From a virus (lineage: Duplodnaviria > Caudoviricetes): a stretch of DNA of 63,015 nucleotides. The DNA lies in IMG/VR virus record IMGVR_UViG_3300009496_001865, positions 1-63,015 of that record; one strand, 5' to 3'. Both the position numbers and the translations under genes were made by a program. The notes under the pieces were generated by a model. The model was not told the DNA's origin, did no database searches, and saw nothing but the letters and a program-made list of their open reading frames with translations. Below, one piece after another: positions 1 to 9,700 of the stretch (its first letter is position 1; each line of letters begins with the position of its first letter).

Positions 1-1
1 A

Positions 2-307
2 ATGATTGAGATATTACAAGAAGTCACTGATTGGGGCAAATACCCAGTTGCAAATGGTGTTTATCATGTTAATAGTGCAGGACAACTTGTTCAGCACAAT
101 GATAAAGTATTCAAAAATCCAATAAAACAATTCTCTAAGAGTAGACGTAAGTTTAAGAAAATTGGCGAACGTCCTGAAACGTTTGATAGTGACGTTATCA
201 CTGTGCAAGGCAGTAACGGAAAAACATACACTATCCAAGATGGCAAATGTAGTTGCCCAGGTTATACTTTTAGAGGGAATTGCAAACATGTCAAAGAAAA
301 TAGTTGA
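2..307 (+). CDS. SWIM zinc-finger protein
   Basis: C-terminal YTI..GKCSCPGYTFRGNCKH matches the SWIM pattern CxC-x(n)-CKH. The upstream region lies outside the window. Confidence 0.75.
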   Translation: MIEILQEVTDWGKYPVANGVYHVNSAGQLVQHNDKVFKNPIKQFSKSRRKFKKIGERPETFDSDVITVQGSNGKTYTIQDGKCSCPGYTFRGNCKHVKENS

Positions 308-2669
308 TATCATTTTAATCGGTGCAGTAATTTTTGCTGTAGTTGGTTGTGCTAGTGGCGGTGGGAGTGCTGGTGTAAGTGCTCCTATTACTCCTCCACC
401 TAGTGGCGGTGGCTCAACTACACCAACACAGCCATATCAAACAATAGACAAGTTTGACTACACTTATAATACTATCCATGGAGATATTAATGTAAGTTAT
501 GGTAGTGGTAGTTATCTAGATGACAGCAACTTTCCAAAAACAGACAAGTATAAGATAGCAGATTACGGATTCTTTCAAATTACCACACAGGGTAGGCATG
601 ACGGGACAAGTAGAAATCCGCAAGAAACACAAGACGCAGGACCTTTCCTGAATGCTGGTGTTATCCATAGAGCGGACTTGAACGGAGATGGCCACCAAGA
701 CTTCTACTATGAAGGATTTTTTGAAGGAGACAGAGATGATATGCCTCGTTCATATTTACATGTTTTCTTAAATGATGGTAATGGGCACTTTGTTTATAGT
801 CCGGAACTATTTGCAGGTGGCTCTAGTCCATGTATTAATTACGGTGATCTTGATTACAAATCAGATCCACAGCATGAATGTGGATATGTTAGACATTTAC
901 AAAGAAGTTTAGTCGCTGACTTTAATGGTGATGGTATAGATGACTTTATGAAACCTAGTATTTTACATTTAAGTAATAACGGTTCTATAGAAAACAAAGG
1001 CATTTCTAACTTACCAGATTGGATGTTTGCTATAGACAGTAACCCTAATAGTCAAAACGGAGCATATAGTCATGATATCGTTGCTGGTGACATAGACAAC
1101 GATGGGGACTTAGATATATTTGGTAACTGGAGCCACAATGACTCAAATACTCCTGTTGGCATGGGTGTTATTCTTAACAACGGCACAGGTAACTTTACAG
1201 ATACTAATTGGAACTTTTATAAGATGCCTGCTCCATATGAAATTGGTGCGGATCACATACTATGGAATACTACAGCCGCTATAGGCGACTTTGATAATGA
1301 TGGTTATGTTGACGTTAGTGTAGGCTGGGCAAATCCAACTGAAGCAAGAATATATGGCTTTGGAGATACATACGAGTTTAGTGCTGGTGCAGTATTTTGG
1401 AATGATGGTAACATGGACTGGTCTAAACTTTGGTCAGAATTACCTGATAATTACTACGGAGCAAATGGTATTGCTAATGATATGGAAACATTAGATATCA
1501 ACAATGATGGTTATTTAGATATTATCCTAGCATCTACTAAAGTAGACCCATACTATGATGGTAGAGTTATTCAATTATTTCTAAATAACGGAGACGGCAC
1601 ATTTACAGATGTATCAGAGCAATACGGTTCTATTACAAAATATAAAGACGGCACTGGTAATTGGTGGAATGGTGAAGGCTCATTACATGTATTAGACTTT
1701 GATAACGATGGTGACTTAGATATAGTTGATAGTGTCAATGGCACTTATGTATTAATCAACAATGGCGGCTCATTTGAACTCTATGACAACTTTCCTAATC
1801 AAGGTGAATGTGGTGGATGTAGATATTACCCTATTGAGATAGACGGCAAATGGCAGTATGACTTTATTGGATATACTGATGAGCGAACAGCAGACTCGCA
1901 AACATCAACATTCTTTCAAGTATTAGACCCACCTCTAATGCAAATGATGACCGATATAACTACTAAACCTTCAGGGTATGTCAACACCATATTTGAATCT
2001 AAAAGCCTGTTAGACGACCTTAGAGTAAGTGTAAGAAGGAATAATTTGCTATATAACCGTGTAGAAGGTGCTGAAATGTTGGGTGCTAGTTACGGAAACT
2101 TCTTTATTGCTGACTTTAACGGCGATATAGAAGGTGGTTTAGTTGGTTGGGATACTACTACAGACACCCTTCACTTCGGATATTACTACGCCAATAGAAC
2201 CATAAAAGCACAAAACGATACTGTTTGGTATGGCACAGGCACCGCAGATATCAAGGTCGAATCTATTAATTCATTTGTAGAATACAATAAAATATTAACT
2301 CCAAACCTTTTAACTTCAATAGGATATGGTATGTCATATTCAAGAGTAAACGGATTTACAGAGAAAGACAGTTCGTTTAATGTAAAAGTAGATGGATTTA
2401 CTATGTTAGATGCAAACATATTTGCTGATTTAACATATACTATACAGAGTAAATTTGGACTATCACTCTTAACTGCAGGAGTAGACTACCATACTACATT
2501 AGAAGACACAAAAGTGAAATTTGGTAATGGTCTTAAATATAATTTTAATAGCGATTTAACAGTAGGCAAACTTATGCTTACACATAAGTGGAATAATATT
2601 TACTTTAAATTAAAAACTGATACAGAAGATCGTGTAACCAGTGAATTAGGTTTTATAATAAACCTTTAA
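288..2669 (+). CDS. Predicted lipoprotein with FG-GAP/VCBS repeats and a C-terminal autotransporter-like beta-barrel region
   Basis: Start moved to ATG 288 (MSKKIVDIILIGAVIFAVVGC: basic end, hydrophobic stretch, lipobox-like VVGC). A Gly/Pro/Thr linker follows, then six repeats of the DxNxDGxxD type (DLNGDGHQD, DFNGDGIDD, DIDNDGDLD, DFDNDGYVD, DINNDGYLD, DFDNDGDLD). The last ~230 aa show alternating amphipathic strands, including a GFTEK motif. Confidence 0.7.
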   Translation: MSKKIVDIILIGAVIFAVVGCASGGGSAGVSAPITPPPSGGGSTTPTQPYQTIDKFDYTYNTIHGDINVSYGSGSYLDDSNFPKTDKYKIADYGFFQITTQGRHDGTSRNPQETQDAGPFLNAGVIHRADLNGDGHQDFYYEGFFEGDRDDMPRSYLHVFLNDGNGHFVYSPELFAGGSSPCINYGDLDYKSDPQHECGYVRHLQRSLVADFNGDGIDDFMKPSILHLSNNGSIENKGISNLPDWMFAIDSNPNSQNGAYSHDIVAGDIDNDGDLDIFGNWSHNDSNTPVGMGVILNNGTGNFTDTNWNFYKMPAPYEIGADHILWNTTAAIGDFDNDGYVDVSVGWANPTEARIYGFGDTYEFSAGAVFWNDGNMDWSKLWSELPDNYYGANGIANDMETLDINNDGYLDIILASTKVDPYYDGRVIQLFLNNGDGTFTDVSEQYGSITKYKDGTGNWWNGEGSLHVLDFDNDGDLDIVDSVNGTYVLINNGGSFELYDNFPNQGECGGCRYYPIEIDGKWQYDFIGYTDERTADSQTSTFFQVLDPPLMQMMTDITTKPSGYVNTIFESKSLLDDLRVSVRRNNLLYNRVEGAEMLGASYGNFFIADFNGDIEGGLVGWDTTTDTLHFGYYYANRTIKAQNDTVWYGTGTADIKVESINSFVEYNKILTPNLLTSIGYGMSYSRVNGFTEKDSSFNVKVDGFTMLDANIFADLTYTIQSKFGLSLLTAGVDYHTTLEDTKVKFGNGLKYNFNSDLTVGKLMLTHKWNNIYFKLKTDTEDRVTSELGFIINL

Positions 2670-3540
2670 GTTTTGGAATAGCAAATTCGTTTGCCCATCT
2701 TTCTTGGGATTCAGCACTTAGGTGATGACAATGATCATGCGTAGGATAGTTTATAGGATCTTCCATTATTTCAAAGTCCCATTGTAGTGCATCTGATATA
2801 GTTTTATCATCAGGCTGAACAATTATATTTTCTTTTGGAATTATGTTCCACTCATTATACATTTCATCATATGGTGCCCTGTGTATTAATTCATGGTCAT
2901 CGATACTGTGGCCTTCTTTCATTGCATGAGCCTGAGCAAAATTAAATGTATTGGGAGACATAATAAACTTAGTTCCAGACTTTTGTAGTTTAGATACAGC
3001 ACTTTCTATAAGGTAATACTGTTTGTGTGCTTCTAAGTTATCATCATATAAATGAATATAGTAATCTCTAAATGCATAGAATTGTTTTTCACTCATATGA
3101 TGAGGCAACCAAGACCATTCTTCTATTGCTTCTTCATAAGTTCCCATTAAGTTACCAAATGAAACAAGACCTGTAATGCTTTGTGAAATAATTGTGGGAT
3201 CAAAATCTGGATCGTCTTTTGCAGGGTGGCAACGTTCATTATCAAAGAAGTCATCTACATCATAATCTAATTGTTTTAAACCATGTGTAGGATAATATCT
3301 TTTACCTTTATGGTTCCAGACTACTCTACAAGCAGTGGTCCAATTTACAAGTATTATATCTGCTTTAAGCACGTCTACAGCATAATCTATCTGTAATCGT
3401 ATACCAAAGTTATCACAGCCTACTCTAGCAATGTTGTGATACTCCCATCCAAAATGCTCAGCAATAAAATGACCATGTTCTGTTTTAGGAAAACTAGGGT
3501 CTCTACTGCTCCAACTACAACCACATACGACAAATTTCAT
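2653..3540 (-). CDS. SGNH/GDSL-fold protein (putative acyl/carbamoyl transferase or esterase), paralog 1
   Basis: Block I-like GCSW at the N-terminus, NIARVGCDN, DIILVNWT..R, and C-terminal DHCHHLS. Confidence 0.6.
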   Translation of the reverse strand: MKFVVCGCSWSSRDPSFPKTEHGHFIAEHFGWEYHNIARVGCDNFGIRLQIDYAVDVLKADIILVNWTTACRVVWNHKGKRYYPTHGLKQLDYDVDDFFDNERCHPAKDDPDFDPTIISQSITGLVSFGNLMGTYEEAIEEWSWLPHHMSEKQFYAFRDYYIHLYDDNLEAHKQYYLIESAVSKLQKSGTKFIMSPNTFNFAQAHAMKEGHSIDDHELIHRAPYDEMYNEWNIIPKENIIVQPDDKTISDALQWDFEIMEDPINYPTHDHCHHLSAESQERWANEFAIPKLKGLL

Positions 3541-3564
3541 AATAGTATTTAGTTAAATAACAGT
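3541..3564. promoter_or_regulatory. Back-to-back T4-late-type TAAATA boxes (minus 3546-3551, plus 3554-3559)
   Basis: In a 24-bp divergent intergenic gap, each TAAATA lies exactly 5 nt before the ATG of its gene (3540 minus, 3565 plus). Confidence 0.7.
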
Positions 3565-4551
3565 ATGGAAAAAATTTTTATAGGTAACAAATATTATATA
3601 GTAGTTAAACTTCCATGGATCCAAACCCCTAACTTAGATCATATACAAAACGATCTTAAGAGCAGAAAGGCTAAGTTGGCTATACACTATCCAGCAGAAG
3701 CAATGCTATATGATAATAGTATGTATAAAAAGAATATAGAATATGACCCATACGAAACTTGCTTATCATTCAGAAAGGAACATGAAATGATTAATAAGTT
3801 GCTGTCTAAATACAACTTAGATGAATATGTATTGCTAGATAATAATCCATTTAACGAAATAAATTTTCCTAATAATTGTATTTATATTCCTCAATTTGCA
3901 TTAGACTATAACGACCCTGTTGCAAAAAAAGATACAAGAGATGCAGTATTCAGTAGTTTCAATCGCAGACCTAGTGGATCTAGGCTTAAAATAATAGATC
4001 ATATACATAGTAAAGACTCTGTATGGAGTTGCAACATGCCACAAGGATATGAACTAACAAGACTTAGTCAATACAAGCATCTTTTTAAAATGTTGCCTAA
4101 AACAGTCGATGCAGAATTTACTCCTATAGGCACAGGAATGAAAACACCAGTATCTCTGTATCAAAAAGCATACTTTCATATAATTAACGAAACATCTACA
4201 TGGTATGATCCTAACTATTTGTTTATAACTGAAAAAACATATAATTGTATTAATAGCAAAACACCATTTTTACTAGTTGGGCAACCCTTCACTTTAAAAC
4301 ATCTAAGAGAATTAGGCTTTAAAACATTCGAAGAGTTTTGGCCTGAAGATTATGATAGAGAATTAAATACCGATAAACGTGCTGGTATGGTTTGCGACTT
4401 AATAGATTATATAGAAGCAGATCATATAAGTATTTTTTATAAAGTGCAATCTGTGTTAGAACACAATTATAATCATCTTAGACAGATAAAAGAACATTAC
4501 AATCTAGAAAGTAAGTTATCTACCTTAGGCTTTAATACAGTATTAAAGTAG
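3565..4551 (+). CDS. Putative glycosyltransferase (GT10/GT-B-like C-terminal motif)
   Basis: YFHIINET...LFITEKTY...TPFLLVG...LRELGFKTF resembles the YITEK donor-binding motif of GT10 fucosyltransferases. Confidence 0.55.
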   Translation: MEKIFIGNKYYIVVKLPWIQTPNLDHIQNDLKSRKAKLAIHYPAEAMLYDNSMYKKNIEYDPYETCLSFRKEHEMINKLLSKYNLDEYVLLDNNPFNEINFPNNCIYIPQFALDYNDPVAKKDTRDAVFSSFNRRPSGSRLKIIDHIHSKDSVWSCNMPQGYELTRLSQYKHLFKMLPKTVDAEFTPIGTGMKTPVSLYQKAYFHIINETSTWYDPNYLFITEKTYNCINSKTPFLLVGQPFTLKHLRELGFKTFEEFWPEDYDRELNTDKRAGMVCDLIDYIEADHISIFYKVQSVLEHNYNHLRQIKEHYNLESKLSTLGFNTVLK

Positions 4552-5342
4552 TGCTTCTGTGCTTGAGGGGATATGTGATATGTTAGTTGTGCACCTGGAT
4601 TCCTACTATAGTCTTTCCAGCCTTTCATTTCTTCATCATGCTCTCTTAACATACTGGCCACACCTTTAATAGTATTTACGCCTGGTATAAATTCTACAAG
4701 TCTCTCCCAATAGTAAGCATTTTCGTTAACATCTTGCAAAAAGAATAATGTATTAGGGCTCATTAAAAAAGGCGTATCAGTTGTAATTAAATCAAATACA
4801 GCACTTTTTAATAAGTGTATTTGTTTTGCTAATTCTAATTTGCTATCATACCAATACAAATAATATTTTTTAAAACTATTAAACATTTCTTCTGTGATAG
4901 GCAACCCTTGTTCGCCCATAGTCGAAGTTTTGAAATGCTCGTATGATTCTTCATCTAACATAGTTGTTATGCTATTAAATGCCAATGGAGGATTGCAATC
5001 TACTACATGTTTCTTATTAACTTCTTCGTGTGGATTAATAGTGTAATCAAAATTTTCAATAGTTTGTGTAGGATTAAATGAGTTAGTTTTGTTATGATGC
5101 CATTCTATTCTTGTAGGAGTAGTCCAATTTACAATTACTAAATCAGCCTCATTTTTGATAGCAAAGTCAATTTGATTTCTTATAACAAAGTTGCTGGCAC
5201 CAACAGTAGCAAGATTTAAATAAAACGATTCTTCATACTCTCTGGTTAAATATTCTGCAACTATAGAGCCGAACTCTGTGTCTGGCACAGTCTCATCTCT
5301 ACTGCTCCAACTACATCCGCATATTGCAACTTTCAACTGCAT
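4497..5342 (-). CDS. SGNH/GDSL-fold protein, paralog 2
   Basis: ICGCSWSSRD (nearly identical to paralog 1), NLATVGASNFVIRNQIDFA, DLVIVNWT..R, C-terminal YHIS. Likely start is ATG 5342 or TTG 5336. Confidence 0.6.
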   Translation of the reverse strand: MQLKVAICGCSWSSRDETVPDTEFGSIVAEYLTREYEESFYLNLATVGASNFVIRNQIDFAIKNEADLVIVNWTTPTRIEWHHNKTNSFNPTQTIENFDYTINPHEEVNKKHVVDCNPPLAFNSITTMLDEESYEHFKTSTMGEQGLPITEEMFNSFKKYYLYWYDSKLELAKQIHLLKSAVFDLITTDTPFLMSPNTLFFLQDVNENAYYWERLVEFIPGVNTIKGVASMLREHDEEMKGWKDYSRNPGAQLTYHISPQAQKHYFNTVLKPKVDNLLSRL

Positions 5343-5490
5343 TCTCCAATAAAAGTCTTTTAACTGTTTCTTTACAAGTTCCACATTGCCTGCAGATACC
5401 TACTGTATTCATAAGATGCTCTATTGTATTCTCTTTTAGTAACTGCTTTAAATCAGTTTCATTTATATTTTTGCAAACACATACAATCAT
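5311..5490 (-). CDS. bfd: Bfd-like [2Fe-2S] ferredoxin, 59 aa (not in the supplied ORF track)
   Basis: Manual translation: MIVCVCKNINETDLKQLLKENTIEHLMNTVGICRQCGTCKETVKRLLLENAVESCNMRM. CxC...CGxC spacing as in Bfd, GGAGAGG Shine-Dalgarno, and an ATGA overlap with the upstream stop. Confidence 0.85.
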   Translation of the reverse strand: MIVCVCKNINETDLKQLLKENTIEHLMNTVGICRQCGTCKETVKRLLLENAVESCNMRM

Positions 5491-6035
5491 TTTCCTCTCC
5501 TTGCCCTGCTTTGAACATATTCAAATGCTACATCAACAGCATTATCAGTAAGGTCTTTAAGATAAAAGAACGGAATGTTTAGTGTATGAAACTGTTCCAG
5601 TATAGCATAGTCAATATTTATACTACCTTCTTTATCTTGTGCCCTGCCAACTTGTTTAAAAAATTTAGGCCTATCTAGCATAAAGTTGATGTTGTTGTAT
5701 TTATTGTAACACTCTAAAGCAAGTTGATCTATCAAATCACTATATAATGCTCCGTCATACAGTTCTCTATAGATACCACTAAGCAATACAGGTGAGTCTG
5801 TGATCACATAATCAACTTTATTAACTAACCTAAGTATCTTTCTATGCTGATGTGCTAACATGTATAACTGATCTTTTAGCATAGGAACATTGTCTTCCCA
5901 AACACATTCTTTAGCAAACTCATTAACGAGTTCAACACTATAACCTGCCATGTTCATTTTGTAATATAATCCTGCGGCTTTAGTGCTCTTACCAGAGCCT
6001 GGCCCACCATAAAAATTTATTACTTTAGTTTTCAT
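5487..6035 (-). CDS. P-loop nucleotide-kinase-like protein (NadR/AAA_28-like)
   Basis: Walker A GGPGSGKST, then VNEFAKE, VITDSP and GRAQ motifs. Confidence 0.7.
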   Translation of the reverse strand: MKTKVINFYGGPGSGKSTKAAGLYYKMNMAGYSVELVNEFAKECVWEDNVPMLKDQLYMLAHQHRKILRLVNKVDYVITDSPVLLSGIYRELYDGALYSDLIDQLALECYNKYNNINFMLDRPKFFKQVGRAQDKEGSINIDYAILEQFHTLNIPFFYLKDLTDNAVDVAFEYVQSRARRGK

Positions 6036-6706
6036 TACTTATAACCTATTTGCATATATCGTGTATAAGCAGGAGTCTCTAATGATCCAATGTAAAGAAT
6101 TTTACTTAAAGGATATTTTTCCTGCATCTCTTCTACAGTATAACATACATTTATGTGCCCGTCAAACTCTTCTTTATTATTTGTTTGCATAACAATTAAC
6201 TGTTCGCTACCTGCAGACTCAAACCATTCAGTTCCCATGTGTTCACAACTAGTGTTTATTACCATACCTGGCGATACTGCTATAAGTTCGCCGCTTGTTT
6301 CAAACTCCATATGGTTAGTATCTAATAAAGTTGCATCTGCTACAACACCTTTAAACTTCCAATTGTTGGCTACATGTTTTTGATTAAACTTTTCTGCTAG
6401 TTCTATACTATTAGCATCTATATCTATTCCGTATATACGTTCTATCGGAATACTTTTTAATAATGGTTCAACTAAACTTCCTATCCAACAACCTAACAAT
6501 ACTGCTGTAGAATTAGTTTTAATAGTATAATGATATAACTTATCTAACAGCCAACTTTTACTTGCTAATTGGCCTTTACTAAAAGCATCACGTGGATATC
6601 TACTATCCATGATTGCCCGTTCAAAGTAACTAGGCGCAATCTTCATAAACCCATTGTCTATGTAGTTTTCTACATCATCCCAAGTATCTAATTTTATTCG
6701 TTCCAT
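6035..6706 (-). CDS. Class I SAM-dependent methyltransferase-like protein
   Basis: Motif I-like VLLGCWIG, acidic YGIDID, VADA, and VINTSCEHM. Confidence 0.65.
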   Translation of the reverse strand: MERIKLDTWDDVENYIDNGFMKIAPSYFERAIMDSRYPRDAFSKGQLASKSWLLDKLYHYTIKTNSTAVLLGCWIGSLVEPLLKSIPIERIYGIDIDANSIELAEKFNQKHVANNWKFKGVVADATLLDTNHMEFETSGELIAVSPGMVINTSCEHMGTEWFESAGSEQLIVMQTNNKEEFDGHINVCYTVEEMQEKYPLSKILYIGSLETPAYTRYMQIGYK

Positions 6707-9700
6707 TGTTCTTCAAGCCATGTGTAATCGTTAATTTTACTTAACTGTTCTAAGTTATCTTTATTTGCAAGTGCAAATTGGTTCCCCTCTAGTGCTCCTC
6801 TTACTGCATCAGCAGTAAAGTCCTCTTCGCCCCTAGTGTTAAGCCAAGTGTCTAATCGACCTTGACTTTCTGCATCATCATTAAGTGTTAGTTTCACACA
6901 CTCTCTGAACGCACTCCTCCAAGTGCTAAATGCATCGGTATTAAATTTAGTAACACAACTAACCTCTGGCATAGACTTAAATCTATTACTAAGGCCAGTT
7001 GTGAAATCTATCCCCCAAGTGTTTGCGTCTTTAACCATTTCTGTTGGAAACAGTTTGACTCCTCCATAACCATATTCCAATCCATTTATAGGATTCTTAC
7101 TTGCCCATACGTGGACAACTTCTTCATCATATACATCAGGTATATAATCAAAGTTAAAACTTTCTGTAACCTCTGCATCAGCATCAACTACCCAAAACAT
7201 TTTAGTATCACATTGTTCTGCACATGCTTTGTGAGCCTCAAATATGCCCTTAACTCCTCTTACATGTTTTACTTCTAAACCTTTTTGCTCTAATATGTTT
7301 ATGTGTTCTTCTACTCTACGTAGATCTTCTTTATAACTTAATACAAATATTTCATTTGGAATTGATGTTGAACCTTCTTGTTTAACATATTTTAGATTTC
7401 TAAATTTATTCTGTTTTAGTATGTCCGATGTTAAATTAGTATAATCTGCATCTGTAGGCCAAAGTCTAAGTCCACCATAAGCATGAACTTTGTTTGTTTT
7501 AGGGTTTGTTTTCTGCCAAGTGTGAATTTTACCAACATCCATTATGTCAGGCATAAATCCGCTATCAAGCACCTTTTGATTCACTTTGATATCTGGGTCT
7601 GTAGTCCAAACAAAGGGCGTTTCTATGTCCTTTATTGCGTTTACAAACTCGTCTCTTTCTAAACTTTGCAAATGAATAACTGGCCATTTAGGCTTAAGGC
7701 TTGCTATAGTATTTATAAGTTTAAGGTTATCAAAACTATTATTTGCTATTTCTTTATCAGTATACTCTTTATCTAGTGCTGACTTTGGTATTAATCTAAC
7801 ATTTTTATATTCGCCGTCTTCGTCTGCAAACACATGGACATTCTTTTTATCCCATTGTGTAGGGTAGTAGTTAAAGTTGAAATCCTCATGTAATTGCGTA
7901 TATGCATCAACAATCCATAGCATATCAGCCTTAGACTGGCTTGCTAGACGCACATAGACGTCGTTTAAGCCGTCTTTGTAGTCATCTGGCTGTAAGTGAT
8001 ACACCGGATATGGTATTTGCACACATGCAGGTTCTCGTATATACTTAGGTCTACCTGTTGTTTGTGCTACTTTAGGACATAGTTTAATACCTGAATAATC
8101 ATATTGTTTTTGTGTAATTGGGTTAAGTTTTTGCCAAACATGTGTTTTGCCTTCGTCCCAAACCTCTGGTATAAAGTCAAAATCAAAATTATCTAAAACT
8201 GTAACATCTTCATCTATTACCCAAAACCAATTATTCCGACTCTTTAACCTGCCCTCTTCTTCGCTAGTAAACTTCTCAAACTCTACATCTGTAAATGGAG
8301 CAATTTGATGTATTACTATTCCTGCGTTACTGTATTCTTTTGGTATCCATCTTATTCCACCCATTTCATCTGGATACTTATGTTTAAGTTGATCTCCTAA
8401 ATGAAAAGTGTGTATCATATCTCTTTGAAAATCAGGTGGAACCCAATCTACTTCTTCGTCAAATTGATATTCTTTATCTATTATCCAACAGTCTTGTGTA
8501 ACTATACTGTAGTCATCTACATCTTCTACATACACTATTGGGTATTGTTTTGAACTTGTAGGCGAGTCTGTAATATACTTTGTTTCATCATGTTTAAGTG
8601 GAACAAGTTTTACACCACCACATCTATTATCACTTACGTTTGTAATACTTCTCGGATACTTGTGACTTAATTGATTTGGTATTTTAAATATGTGAATTGT
8701 TTTTTGATCATATTTGTGAGGAACGTAATCAAATACATTGTTTAATTCATGTTCTTCATCTATGAGCCAAAACATTTTAGTTCTACTTTTTCTTGCAAAT
8801 GAATCATAGTCATTTATATTATTAGAATAAAAAATATCAAATCTAACAGGACATATTCCTTGCTGGTATTTGTGTTTAGTAATATCAAAATCTTTATGGA
8901 CTAGCCTAACACCACCACAACGAGTATCCCATGGGTCAATAAAGTCTTTAGGATATCGTTCTTCTAAATGGCCAGGTATTTTAAATACATGAATGTAGTT
9001 ACGTTCATGTTCCTCAGGAACATATAATAGTTTACCATTAAAGTCAAACTCTCTATCTACTATCCAATACCAATCTGTTTTACTACGTTCAGCATAATCA
9101 CTATAGACATCTGATGTAAACTCATCTTCGTCTACATAGAATACATCATAGTTTTCATCTTCAACAGGACATGCAGGATGTATTTTTATTTCTGCTTTTT
9201 TCCAATCTTTAGGAACAAGTCTTACTCCGCCCATTGCCATAGGATACTTTTCTGTTAGTTGATAAGGCATTCTAAAAACATGTATCATACCTCCTTCAAA
9301 AGGATTAGGTATCCAGTCAACAGTCTTGGCATTTATTTTATGTTCTTGATCTATTAACCATACATACTCATCATCGAATATATCTCTTTGTTGCATATCG
9401 TTTACATCTTTAACATAAAGTATAGGATATGTAACATTTGCATCTAAGAAGTTATGATATTTTGTTTCGGCATTTTTCCAGTCTTTAGGAAACAGTTTAA
9501 TACCTCCTTCCTTCTCTGGATACTTGTGTTCTAGTTGACCTTTTAAATGAAAACTATGTATAAACGTAGGCTCAAAGTTTCCTGGTGCCCAATTGATGTC
9601 TGGGTCTAATTTGTAATCCTTATCCACACACCAAACATGGCTAGCATACGGATTGTTATCGAAATACTTTGCTGGTGTTTTAGTATTAAGTATATCAAAA

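Noticed and set aside
162-287. Supplied N-terminal extension of the 835-aa ORF
   Set aside because: It lies inside the SWIM gene, and the signal peptide begins at ATG 288.
2648-2665. AGGTTT-N6-AAACCT inverted repeat in the convergent overlap
   Set aside because: A 6-bp stem inside coding sequence is expected by chance.
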